Below are positions 28,710-43,600 of a stretch of DNA of 64,000 nt, piece by piece. The translations under genes were made by a program, and so were the position numbers. The stretch lies in assembly GCF_009914755.1 (NCBI RefSeq), contig NC_060925.1. One strand, given 5' to 3'. The first letter of the stretch is position 1; each line of letters begins with the position of its first letter. The notes under the pieces are model-generated. The model was not told where the DNA came from, searched no databases, and worked only from the letters and a program-made list of their open reading frames with translations. The stretch comes from the human T2T-CHM13v2.0 reference genome, Homo sapiens.

Positions 28710-31700
28710 ATGGAATCGTCATCGAATGAATTGAATGCAATCATCGAATGGTCTCGAATGGAATCATCTTCAAATGGAATGGAATGGAATCATCGCATAG
28801 AATCGAAAGGAATTATCATCGAATGGAATCGAATGGAATCAACACCAAACGGAAAAAAACGGAATTATCGAATGGAATCGAAGAGAATCATCGAATGGAC
28901 CCGAATGGAATCATCTAATGGAATGGAATGGAATAATCCATGGACTCGAATGCAATCATCATCGAATGGAATCGAATGGAATCATCCAATGGACTCGAAT
29001 GGAATAATCATTGAACGGAATCGAATGGAATCATCATCGGATGGAAATGAATGGAATCATCATCGAATGGAATCGAATAGAATTATGGAATGAAATCCAG
29101 TGTGATCATCATCGAATGGACCCGAATGGAATCATCATCCAACGGATGCTAATGGAATCAACATCGAATGAATCAAATGGAAACACCATCGAATTGAAAC
29201 GAATGGAATTACCATGAAATTGAAATGGATGGACTCATCATCGAATGGATTCGAAAGGAATCATCGAATAAAATTGATTGAAATCATCATCGAATGGAAT
29301 CGAATGGTATCATTGAATGGAATCGAATGGAATCATCATCAGATGGAAATGAATGGAATCGTCATAGAATGGAATCGAATGGATTCATTGAATGGAATCA
29401 GATGGAATCATTGAATGGACTGGAATGGAATCATTGAATGGACTCGAAAGGGATCATTATTGAATGGAATTGAATGGAATCATCGAATGGTCTCGATTGG
29501 AATCATTATAAAATGGAATCGAATGGAATCACCGAATAGAATCGAATGGAACAATCATCGAATGGACTCAAATGGAATTATCCTCAAATGGAATTGAATG
29601 GAATTATCGAATGCAATCGAATGGAATTATCGAATGCAATCGAATAGAATCATCGAATGGACTCGAATGGAATCATCGAATGGAATGGAATGGAACAGTC
29701 AATGAACTCGAATGGAATCATCATTGAATGGAATCGAATGGAATCATCGAGTGGAATCGAATGTAATCATCATCAAATGGAATCAAAAATAACCATCATC
29801 AAATGGAATCAAAAATAACCATCATCAATTGGTATTGAATGGAATTCTCATCAAATGGAATTCAAAGGAATCATCATCAAATGGAACCGAATGGAATCCT
29901 CATTGAATGGAAATGAAAGGGGTCATCATCTAATGGAATCGCATGGAATCATCATCAAATGGAATCGAATGGAATCAACATCAAATGGAATCAAATGGAA
30001 TCATTGAACGGAATTGAATGGAATCGTCATCGAATGAATTGAATGCAATCATCGAATGGTCTCGAATGGAATCATCTTCAAATGGAATGGAATGGAATCA
30101 TCGCATAGAATCGAATGGAATTTTCATCGAATGGAATCGAATGGAATCAACATCAAACGGAAAAAAACGGAATTATCAAATGGAATCGAAGAGAATCACC
30201 GAATGGACCCGAATGGAATCATCTAATGGAATGGAATGGAATAATCCATGGACTCGAATGCAATCATCATCGAATGGAATCGAATGGAATCATCGAATGG
30301 ACTCGAATGGAATAATCATTGAACGGAATCGAATGGAATCATCATCGGATGGAAATGAATGGAATCATCATCGAATGGAATCGAATAGAATTATGGAATG
30401 AAATCCAGTGTGATCATCATCGAATGGACCCGAATGGAATCATCATCCAACGGAAGCTAATGGAATCAACATCGAATGAATCAAATGGAAACACCATCGA
30501 ATTGAAACGAATGGAATTATCATGAAATTGAAATGGATGGACTCATCCTCAAATGGATTCGAGTGGAATCATCGAATAAAATTGATTGAAATCATCATCG
30601 AATGGAATCGAATGGTATCATTGAATGGAATCGAATGGAATCATCATCAGATGGAAATGAAAGGAATCGTCATAGAATGGAATCGAATGGATTCATTGAA
30701 TGGAATCAGATGGAATCATTGAATGGACTGGAATGGAATCATTGAATGGACTCGAAAGGGATCATTATTGAATGGAATTGAATGGAATCATCGAATGGTC
30801 TCGATTGGAATCATTATCAAATGGAATCGAATGGAATCACCGAATAGAATCGAATGGAACAATCATCGAATGGACTCAAATGGAATTATCCTCAAATGGA
30901 ATTGAATGGAATTATCGAATGCAATCGAATGGAATTATCGAATGCAATCGAATAGAATCATCGAATGGACTCGAATGGAATCATCGAATGGAATGGAATG
31001 GAACAGTCAATGAACTCGAATGGAATCATCATTGAATGGAATCGAATGGAATCATCGAGTGGAATCGAATGTAATCATCATCAAATGGAATCAAAAATAA
31101 CCATCATCAAATGGAATCAAAAATAACCATCATCAATTGGTATTGAATGGAATTCTCATCAAATGGAATTCAAAGGAATCATCATCAAATGGAACCGAAT
31201 GGAATCCTCATTGAATGGAAATGAAAGGGGTCATCATCTAATGGAATCGCATGGAATCATCATAAAATGGAATCGAATGGAATCAACATCAAATGGAATC
31301 AAATGGAATATTTGAACGGAATTGAATGGAATCGTCATCGAATGAATTGAATGCAATCATCGAATGGTCTCGAATGGAATCATCTTCAAATGGAATGGAA
31401 TGGAATCATCGCATAGAATCGAATGGAATTTTCATCGAATGGAATCGAATGGAATCAACATCAAACGGAAAAAAACGGAATTATCGAATGGAATCGAAGA
31501 GAATCACCGAATGGACCCGAATGGAATCATCTAATGGAATGGAATGGAATAATCCATGGACTCGAATGCAATCATCATCGAATGGAATCGAATGGAATCA
31601 TCGAATGGACTCGAATGGAATAATCATTGAACGGAATCGAATGGAATCATCATCGGATGGAAATGAATGGAATCATCATCGAATGGAATCGAATAGAATT

Positions 31701-33900
31701 ATGGAATGAAATCCAGTGTGATCATCATCGAATGGACCCGAATGGAATCATCATCCAACGGATGCTAATGGAATCAACATCGAATGAATCAAATGGAAAC
31801 ACCATCGAATTGAAACGAATGGAATTACCATGAAATTGAAATGGATGGACTCATCATCGAATGGATTCGAAAGGAATCATCGAATAAAATTGATTGAAAT
31901 CATCATCGAATGGAATCGAATGGTATCATTGAATGGAATCGAATGGAATCATCATCAGATGGAAATGAATGGAATCGTCATTGAATGGAATCGAATGGAT
32001 TCATTGAATGGAATCAGATGGAATCATTGAATGGACTGGAATGGAATCATTGAATGGACTCGAAAGGGATCATTATTGAATGGAATTGAATGGAATCATC
32101 GAATGGTCTCGATTGGAATCATTATAAAATGGAATCGAATGGAATCACCGAATAGAATCGAATGGAACAATCATCGAATGGACTCAAATGGAATTATCCT
32201 CAAATGGAATTGAATGGAATTATCGAATGCAATCGAATGGAATTATCGAATGCAATCGAATAGAATCATCGAATGGACTCGAATGGAATCATCGAATGGA
32301 ATGGAATGGAACAGTCAATGAACTCGAATGGAATCATCATTGAATGGAATCGAATGGAATCATCGAGTGGAATCGAATGTAATCATCATCAAATGGAATC
32401 AAAAATAACCATCATCAAATGGAATCAAAAATAACCATCATCAATTGGTATTGAATGGAATTCTCATCAAATGGAATTCAAAGGAATCATCATCAAATGG
32501 AACCGAATGGAATCCTCATTGAATGGAAATGAAAGGGGTCATCATCTAATGGAATCGCATGGAATCATCATCAAATGGAATCGAATGGAATCAACATCAA
32601 ATGGAATCAAATGGAATCATTGAACGGAATTGAATGGAATCGTCATCGAATGAATTGAATGCAATCATCGAATGGTCTCGAATGGAATCATCTTCAAATG
32701 GAATGGAATGGAATCATCGCATAGAATCGAATGGAATTTTCATCGAATGGAATCGAATGGAATCAACATCAAACGGAAAAAAACGGAATTATCGAATGGA
32801 ATCGAAGAGAATCACCGAATGGACCCGAATGGAATCATCTAATGGAATGGAATGGAATAATCCATGGACTCGAATGCAATCATCATCGAATGGAATCGAA
32901 TGGAATCATCGAATGGACTCGAATGGAATAATCATTGAACGGAATCGAATGGAATCATCATCGGATGGAAATGAATGGAATCATCATCGAATGGAATCGA
33001 ATAGAATTATGGAATGAAATCCAGTGTGATCATCATCGAATGGACCCGAATGGAATCATCATCCAACGGAAGCTAATGGAATCAACATCGAATGAATCAA
33101 ATGGAAACACCATCGAATTGAAACGAATGGAATTACCATGAAATTGAAATGGATGGACTCATCCTCAAATGGATTCGAGTGGAATCATCGAATAAAATTG
33201 ATTGAAATCATCATCGAATGGAATCGAATGGTATCATTAAATGGAATCGAATGGAATCATCATCAGATGGAAATGAAAGGAATCGTCATAGAATGGAATC
33301 GAATGGATTCATTGAATGGAATCAGATGGAATCATTGAATGGACTGGAATGGAATCATTGAATGGACTCGAAAGGGATCATTATTGAATGGAATTGAATG
33401 GAATCATCGAATGGTCTCGATTGGAATCATTATCAAATGGAATCGAATGGAATCACCGAATAGAATCGAATGGAACAATCATCGAATGGACTCAAATGGA
33501 ATTATCCTCAAATGGAATTGAATGGAATTATCGAATGCAATCGAATGGAATTATCGAATGCAATCGAATAGAATCATCGAATGGACTCGAATGGAATCAT
33601 CGAATGGAATGGAATGGAACAGTCAATGAACTCGAATGGAATCATCATTGAATGGAATCGAATGGAATCATCGAGTGGAATCGAATGTAATCATCATCAA
33701 ATGGAATCAAAAATAACCATCATCAAATGGAATCAAAAATAACCATCATCAATTGGTATTGAATGGAATTCTCATCAAATGGAATTCAAAGGAATCATCA
33801 TCAAATGGAACCGAATGGAATCCTCATTGAATGGAAATGAAAGGGGTCATCATCTAATGGAATCGCATGGAATCATCATCAAATGGAATCGAATGGAATC
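28710..33900 (+). repeat. Run of four 1308-bp units, the last ending at a deletion junction
   Basis: Marks at 28710, 30018, 31326 and 32634. At 33900/33901 the sequence jumps to atcgaataaaattg. Confidence 0.92.
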
Positions 33901-34655
33901 ATCGAATAAAATTGATTGAAATCATCATCCAATGGAATCGAATGGTATCATTGAATGGAATCGAATGGAATCATCATCAGATGGAAATGAATGGAATCGT
34001 CATAGAATGGAATCGAATGGATTCATTGAATGGAATCAGATGGAATCATCGAATGGACTGGAATGGAATCATTGAATGGACTCGAAAGGGATCATTATTG
34101 AATGGAATTGAATGGAATCATCGAATGGTCTCGATTGGAATCATTATCAAATGGAATGGAATGGAATCACCGAATAGAATCGAATGGAACAATCATCGAA
34201 TGGACTCAAATGGAATTATCCTCCAATGGAATCGAATGGAATTATCGAATGCAATCGAATGGAATTATCGAATGCAATCGAATAGAATCATCGAATGGAC
34301 TCGAATGGAATCATCGAATGGAATGGAATGGAACAGTCAATGAACTCGAATGGAATCATCATTGAATGGAATCGAATGGAATCATCGAGTGGAATCGAAT
34401 GGAATTATGATCAAATGGAATCGAATGTAATCCTCATCAAATGGAATCAAAAATAACCATCATCAATTGGTATTGAATGGAATTGTCATCAAATGGAATT
34501 CAAAGGAATCATCATCAAATGGAACCGAATGGAATCCTCATTGAATGGAAATGAAAGGGGTCATCATCTAATGGAATCGCATGGAATCATCATCAAATGG
34601 AATCGAATGGAATCATCATCAAATGGAATCTAATGGAATCATTGAACAGAATTGA

Positions 34656-37600
34656 ATGGAATCGTCATCGAATGAATTGAATGCAATCATCGAATGGTCT
34701 CGAATGGAATCATCTTCTAATGGAAAGGAATGGAATCATCGCATAGAATCGAATGGAATTATCATCGAATGGAATCGAATGGTATCAACACCAAACGGAA
34801 AAAAACGGAATTATCGAATGGAATCGAAGAGAATCTTCGAACGGACCCGAATGGAATCATCTAATGGAATGGAATGGAATAATCCATGGACTCGAATGCA
34901 ATCATCATCGAATGGAATGGAATGGAATCATCGAATGGACTCGAATGGAATAATCATTGAACGGAATCGAATGGAATCATCATCGGATGGAAACGAATGG
35001 AATCATCATCGAATGGAAATGAAAGGAGTCATCATCTAATGGAATTGCATGGAATCATCATAAAATGGAATCGAATGGAATCAACATCAAATGGAATCAA
35101 ATGGAATCATTGAACGGAATTGAATGGAATCGTCATCGAATGAATTGACTGCAATCATCGAATGGTCTCGAATGGAATCATCTTCAAATGGAATGGAATG
35201 GAATCATCGCATAGAATCGAATGGAATTATCATCGAATGGAATCGAATGGAATCAACATCAAACGGAAAAAAACGGAATTATCGAATGGAATCGAAGAGA
35301 ATCATCGAATGGACCCGAATGGAATCATCTAATGGAATGGAATGGAATAATCCATGGACTCGAATGCAATCATCATCGAATGGAAACGAATGGAATCATC
35401 GAATGGACTCGAATGGAATAATCATTGAACGGAATCGAATGGAATCATCATCGGATGGAAATGAATGGAATCATCATCGAATGGAATCGAATAGAATTAT
35501 GGAATGAAATCCAGTGTGATCATCATCGAATGGACCCGAATGGAATCATCATCCAACGGAAGCTAATGGAATCAACATCGAATGAATCGAATGGAAACAC
35601 CATCGAATTGAAACGAATGGAATTATCATGAAATTGAAATGGATGGACTCATCATCGAATGGATTCGAATGGAATCATCGAATAAAATTGATTGAAATCA
35701 TCATCCAATGGAATCGAATGGTATCATTGAATGGAATCGAATGGAATCATCATCAGATGGAAATGAATGGAATCGTCATAGAATGGAATCGAATGGATTC
35801 ATTGAATGGAATCAGATGGAATCATCGAATGGACTGGAATGGAATCATTGAATGGACTCGAAAGGGATCATTATTGAATGGAATTGAATGGAATCATCGA
35901 ATGGTCTCGATTGGAATCATTATCAAATGGAATGGAATGGAATCACCGAATAGAATCGAATGGAACAATCATCGAATGGACTCAAATGGAATTATCCTCC
36001 AATGGAATCGAATGGAATTATCGAATGCAATCGAATGGAATTATCGAATGCAATCGAATAGAATCATCGAATGGACTCGAATGGAATCATCGAATGGAAT
36101 GGAATGGAACAGTCAATGAACTCGAATGGAATCATCATTGAATGGAATCGAATGGAATGATCGAGTGGAATCGAAAGAAATTATGATCAAATGGAAGCGA
36201 ACGTAATCATCATCAAATGGAATCAAAAATAACCATCATCAATTGGTATTGAATGGAATTGTCATCAAATGGAATTCAAAGGAATCATCATCAAATGGAA
36301 CCGAATGGAATCCTCATTGAATGGAAATGAAAGGGGTCATCATCTAATGGAATCGCATGGAATCATCATCAAATGGAATCGAATGGAATCATCATCAAAT
36401 GGAATCTAATGGAATCATTGAACAGAATTGAATGGAATCGTCATCGAATGAATTGAATGCAATCATCGAATGGTCTCGAATGGAATCATCTTCTAATGGA
36501 AAGGAATGGAATCATCGCATAGAATCGAATGGAATTATCATCGAATGGAATCGAATGGTATCAACACCAAACGGAAAAAAACGGAATTATCGAATGGAAT
36601 CGAAGAGAATCTTCGAACGGACCCGAATGGAATCATCTAATGGAATGGAATGGAATAATCCATGGACTCGAATGCAATCATCATCGAATGGAATGGAATG
36701 GAATCATCGAATGGACTCGAATGGAATAATCATTGAACGGAATCGAATGGAATCATCATCGGATGGAAACGAATGGAATCATCATCGAATGGAAATGAAA
36801 GGAGTCATCATCTAATGGAATTGCATGGAATCATCATAAAATGGAATCGAATGGAATCAACATCAAATGGAATCAAATGGAATCATTGAACGGAATTGAA
36901 TGGAATCGTCATCGAATGAATTGACTGCAATCATCGAATGGTCTCGAATGGAATCATCTTCAAATGGAATGGAATGGAATCATCGCATAGAATCGAATGG
37001 AATTATCATCGAATGGAATCGAATGGAATCAACATCAAACGGAAAAAAACGGAATTATCGAATGGAATCGAAGAGAATCATCGAATGGACCCGAATGGAA
37101 TCATCTAATGGAATGGAATGGAATAATCCATGGACTCGAATGCAATCATCATCGAATGGAATCGAATGGAATCATCGAATGGACTCGAATGGAATAATCA
37201 TTGAACGGAATCGAATGGAATCATCATCGGATGGAAATGAATGGAATCATCATCGAATGGAATCGAATAGAATTATGGAATGAAATCCAGTGTGATCATC
37301 ATCGAATGGACCCGAATGGAATCATCATCCAACGGAAGCTAATGGAATCAACATCGAATGAATCGAATGGAAACACCATCGAATTGAAACGAATGGAATT
37401 ATCATGAAATTGAAATGGATGGACTCATCATCGAATGGATTCGAATGGAATCATCGAATAAAATTGATTGAAATCATCATCCAATGGAATCGAATGGTAT
37501 CATTGAATGGAATCGAATGGAATCATCATCAGATGGAAATGAATGGAATCGTCATAGAATGGAATCGAATGGATTCATTGAATGGAATCAGATGGAATCA

Positions 37601-40600
37601 TCGAATGGACTGGAATGGAATCATTGAATGGACTCGAAAGGGATCATTATTGAATGGAATTGAATGGAATCATCGAATGGTCTCGATTGGAATCATTATC
37701 AAATGGAATGGAATGGAATCACCGAATAGAATCGAATGGAACAATCATCGAATGGACTCAAATGGAATTATCCTCCAATGGAATCGAATGGAATTATCGA
37801 ATGCAATCGAATGGAATTATCGAATGCAATCGAATAGAATCATCGAATGGACTCGAATGGAATCATCGAATGGAATGGAATGGAACAGTCAATGAACTCG
37901 AATGGAATCATCATTGAATGGAATCGAATGGAATCATCGAGTGGAATCGAATGGAATTATGATCAAATGGAATCGAATGTTATCATCATCAAATGGAATC
38001 AAAAATAACCATCATCAATTGGTATTGAATGGAATTGTCATCAAATGGAATTCAAAGGAATCATCATCAAATGGAACCGAATGGAATCCTCATTGAATGG
38101 AAATGAAAGGGGTCATCATCTAATGGAATCACATGGAATCATCATCAAATGGAATCGAATGGAATCATCATCAAATGGAATCTAATGGAATCATTGAACA
38201 GAATTGAATGGAATCGTCATCGAATGAATTGAATGCAATCATCGAATGGTCTCGAATGGAATCATCTTCTAATGGAAAGGAATGGAATCATCACATAGAA
38301 TCGAATGGAATTATCATCGAATGGAATCGAATGGTATCAACACCAAACGGAAAAAAACGGAATTATCGAATGGAATCGAAGAGAATCTTCGAACGGACCC
38401 GAATGGAATCATCTAATGGAATGGAATGGAATAATCCATGGACTCGAATGCAATCAAAATCGAATGGAATCGAATGGAATCATCGAATGGACTCGAATGG
38501 AATAATCATTGAACGGAATCGAATGGAATCATCATCGGATGGAAACGAGTGGAATCATCATCGAATGGAAATGAAAGGAGTCATCATCTAATGGAATCGC
38601 ATGGAATCATCATAAAATGGAATCGAATGGAATCAACATCAAATGGAATCAAATGGAATCATTGAACGGAATTGAATGGAATCGTCATCGAATGAATTGA
38701 CTGCAATCATCCAATGGTCTCGAATGGAATCATCTTCAAATGGAATGGAATGGAATCATCGCATAGAATCGAATGGAATTATCATCGAATGGAATCGAAT
38801 GGAATCAACATCAAACGGAAAAAAACGGAATTATCGAATGGAATCGAAGAGAATCATCGAATGGACCCGAATGGAATCATCTAATGGAATGGAATGGAAT
38901 AATCCATGGACTCGAATGCAATCATCATCGAATGGAATCAAATGGAATCATCGAATGGACTCGAATGGAATAATCATTGAACGGAATCGAATGGAATCGT
39001 CATCGGATGGAAATGAATGGAATCATCATCGAATGGAATCGAATAGAATTATGGAATGAAATCCAGTGTGATCATCATCGAATGGACCCGAATGGAATCA
39101 TCATCCAACGGAAGCTAATGGAATCAACATCGAATTAATCAAATGGAAACACCATCGAATTGAAACGAATGGAATTATCATGAAATTGAAATGGATGGAC
39201 TCATCATCGAATGGATTCGAATGGAATCATCGAATAAAATTGATTGAAATCATCATCCAATGGAATCGAATGGTATCATTGAATGGAATCGAATGGAATC
39301 ATCATCAGATGGAAATGAATGGAATCGTCATAGAATGGAATCGAATGGATTCATTGAATGGAATCAGATGGAATCATCGAATGGACTGGAATGGAATCAT
39401 TGAATGGACTCGAAAGGGATCATTATTGAATGGAATTGAATGGAATCATCGAATGGTCTCGATTGGAATCATTATCAAATGGAATCGAATGGAATCACCG
39501 AATAGAATCGAATGGAACAATCATCGAATGGACTCAAATGGAATTATCCTCAAATGGAATCGAATGGAATTATCGAATGCAATCGAATGGAATTATCGAA
39601 TGCAATCGAATAGAATCATCGAATGGACTCGAATGGAATCATCGAATGGAATGGAATGGAACAGTCAATGAACTCGAATGGAATCATCATTGAATGGAAT
39701 CGAATGGAATCATCGAGTGGAATCGAATGGAATTATGATCAAATGGAATCGAATGTTATCATCATCAAATGGAATCAAAAATAACCATCATCAATTGGTA
39801 TTGAATGGAATTGTCATCAAATGGAATTCAAAGGAATCATCATCAAATGGAACCGAATGGAATCCTCATTGAATGGAAATGAAAGGGGTCATCATCTAAT
39901 GGAATCGCATGGAATCATCATCAAATGGAATCGAATGGAATCATCATCAAATGGAATCTAATGGAATCATTGAACAGAATTGAATGGAATCGTCATCGAA
40001 TGAATTGAATGCAATCATCGAATGGTCTCGAATGGAATCATCTTCTAATGGAAAGGAATGGAATCATCGCATAGAATCGAATGGAATTATCATCGAATGG
40101 AATCGAATGGTATCAACACCAAACGGAAAAAAACGGAATTATCGAATGGAATCGAAGAGAATCTTCGAACGGACCCGAATGGAATCATCTAATGGAATGG
40201 AATGGAATAATCCATGGACTCGAATGCAATCATCATCGAATGGAATCGAATGGAATCATCGAATGGACTCGAATGGAATAATCATTGAACGGAATCGAAT
40301 GGAATCATCATCGGATGGAAACGAATGGAATCATCATCGAATGGAAATGAAAGGAGTCATCATCTAATGGAATTGCATGGAATCATCATAAAATGGAATC
40401 GAATGGAATCAACATCAAATGGAATCAAATGGAATCATTGAACGGAATTGAATGGAATCGTCATCGAATGAATTGACTGCAATCATCGAATGGTCTCGAA
40501 TGGAATCAACTTCAAATGGAATGGAATGGAATCATCGCATAGAATCGAATGGAATTATCATCGAATGGAATCGAATGGAATCAACATCAAACGGAAAAAA

Positions 40601-43600
40601 ACGGAGTTATCGAATGGAATCGAAGAGAATCATCGAATGGACCCGAATGGAATCATCTAATGGAATGGAATGGAATAATCCATGGACTCGAATGCAATCA
40701 TCATCGAATGGAATCGAATGGAATCATCGAATGGACTCGAATGGAATAATCATTGAACGGAATCGAATGGAATCATCATCGGATGGAAATGAATGGAATC
40801 ATCATCGAATGGAATCGAATAGAATTATGGAATGAAATCCAGTGTGATCATCATCGAATGGACCCGAATGGAATCATCATCCAACGGAAGCTAATGGAAT
40901 CAACATCGAATGAATCGAATGGAAACACCATCGAATTGAAACGAATGGAATTATCATGAAATTGAAATGGATGGACTCATCATCGAATGGATTCGAATGG
41001 AATCATCGAATAAAATTGATTGAAATCATCATCCAATGGAATCGAATGGTATCATTGAATGGAATCGAATGGAATCATCATCAGATGGAAATGAATGGAA
41101 TCGTCATAGAATGGAATCGAATGGATTCATTGAATGGAATCAGATGGAATCATCGAATGGACTGGAATGGAATCATTGAATGGACTCGAAAGGGATCATT
41201 ATTGAATGGAATTGAATGGAATCATCGAATGGTCTCGATTGGAATCATTATCAAATGGAATGGAATGGAATCACCGAATAGAATCGAATGGAACAATCAT
41301 CGAATGGACTCAAATGGAATTATCCTCCAATGGAATCGAATGGAATTATCGAATGCAATCGAATGGAATTATCGAATGCAATCGAATAGAATCATCGAAT
41401 GGACTCGAATGGAATCATCGAATGGAATGGAATGGAACAGTCAATGAACTCGAATGGAATCATCATTGAATGGAATCGAATGGAATGATCGAGTGGAATC
41501 GAAAGAAATTATGATCAAATGGAAGCGAACGTAATCATCATCAAATGGAATCAAAAATAACCATCATCAATTGGTATTGAATGGAATTGTCATCAAATGG
41601 AATTCAAAGGAATCATCATCAAATGGAACCGAATGGAATCCTCATTGAATGGAAATGAAAGGGGTCATCATCTAATGGAATCGCATGGAATCATCATCAA
41701 ATGGAATCGAATGGAATCATCATCAAATGGAATCTAATGGAATCATTGAACAGAATTGAATGGAATCGTCATCGAATGAATTGAATGCAATCATCGAATG
41801 GTCTCGAATGGAATCATCTTCTAATGGAAAGGAATGGAATCATCGCATAGAATCGAATGGAATTATCATCGAATGGAATCGAATGGTATCAACACCAAAC
41901 GGAAAAAAACGGAATTATCGAATGGAATCGAAGAGAATCTTCGAACGGACCCGAATGGAATCATCTAATGGAATGGAATGGAATAATCCATGGACTCGAA
42001 TGCAATCATCATCGAATGGAATGGAATGGAATCATCGAATGGACTCGAATGGAATAATCATTGAACGGAATCGAATGGAATCATCATCGGATGGAAACGA
42101 ATGGAATCATCATCGAATGGAAATGAAAGGAGTCATCATCTAATGGAATTGCATGGAATCATCATAAAATGGAATCGAATGGAATCAACATCAAATGGAA
42201 TCAAATGGAATCATTGAACGGAATTTAATGGAATCGTCATCGAATGAATTGACTGCAATCATCGAATGGTCTCGAATGGAATCATCTTCAAATGGAATGG
42301 AATGGAATCATCGCATAGAATCGAATGGAATTATCATCGAATGGAATCGAATGGAATCAACATCAAACGGAAAAAAACGGAATTATCGAATGGAATCGAA
42401 GAGAATCATCGAATGGACCCGAATGGAATCATCTAATGGAATGGAATGGAATAATCCATGGACTCGAATGCAATCATCATCGAATGGAATCGAATGGAAT
42501 CATCGAATGGACTCGAATGGAATAATCATTGAACGGAATCGAATGGAATCATCATCGGATGGAAATGAATGGAATCATCATCGAATGGAATCGAATAGAA
42601 TTATGGAATGAAATCCAGTGTGATCATCATCGAATGGACCCGAATGGAATCATCATCCAACGGAAGCTAATGGAATCAACATCGAATGAATCGAATGGAA
42701 ACACCATCGAATTGAAACGAATGGAATTATCATGAAATTGAAATGGATGGACTCATCATCGAATGGATTCGAATGGAATCATCGAATAAAATTGATTGAA
42801 ATCATCATCCAATGGAATCGAATGGTATCATTGAATGGAATCGAATGGAATCATCATCAGATGGAAATGAATGGAATCGTCATAGAATGGAATCGAATGG
42901 ATTCATTGAATGGAATCAGATGGAATCATCGAATGGACTGGAATGGAATCATTGAATGGACTCGAAAGGGATCATTATTGAATGGAATTGAATGGAATCA
43001 TCGAATGGTCTCGATTGGAATCATTATCAAATGGAATGGAATGGAATCACCGAATAGAATCGAATGGAACAATCATCGAATGGACTCAAATGGAATTATC
43101 CTCCAATGGAATCGAATGGAATTATCGAATGCAATCGAATGGAATTATCGAATGCAATCGAATAGAATCATCGAATGGACTCGAATGGAATCATCGAATG
43201 GAATGGAATGGAACAGTCAATGAACTCGAATGGAATCATCATTGAATGGAATCGAATGGAATCATCGAGTGGAATCGAATGGAATTATGATCAAATGGAA
43301 TCGAATGTAATCCTCATCAAATGGAATCAAAAATAACCATCATCAATTGGTATTGAATGGAATTGTCATCAAATGGAATTCAAAGGAATCATCATCAAAT
43401 GGAACCGAATGGAATCCTCATTGAATGGAAATGAAAGGGGTCATCATCTAATGGAATCGCATGGAATCATCATCAAATGGAATCGAATGGAATCATCATC
43501 AAATGGAATCTAATGGAATCATTGAACAGAATTGAATGGAATCGTCATCGAATGAATTGAATGCAATCATCGAATGGTCTCGAATGGAATCATCTTCTAA

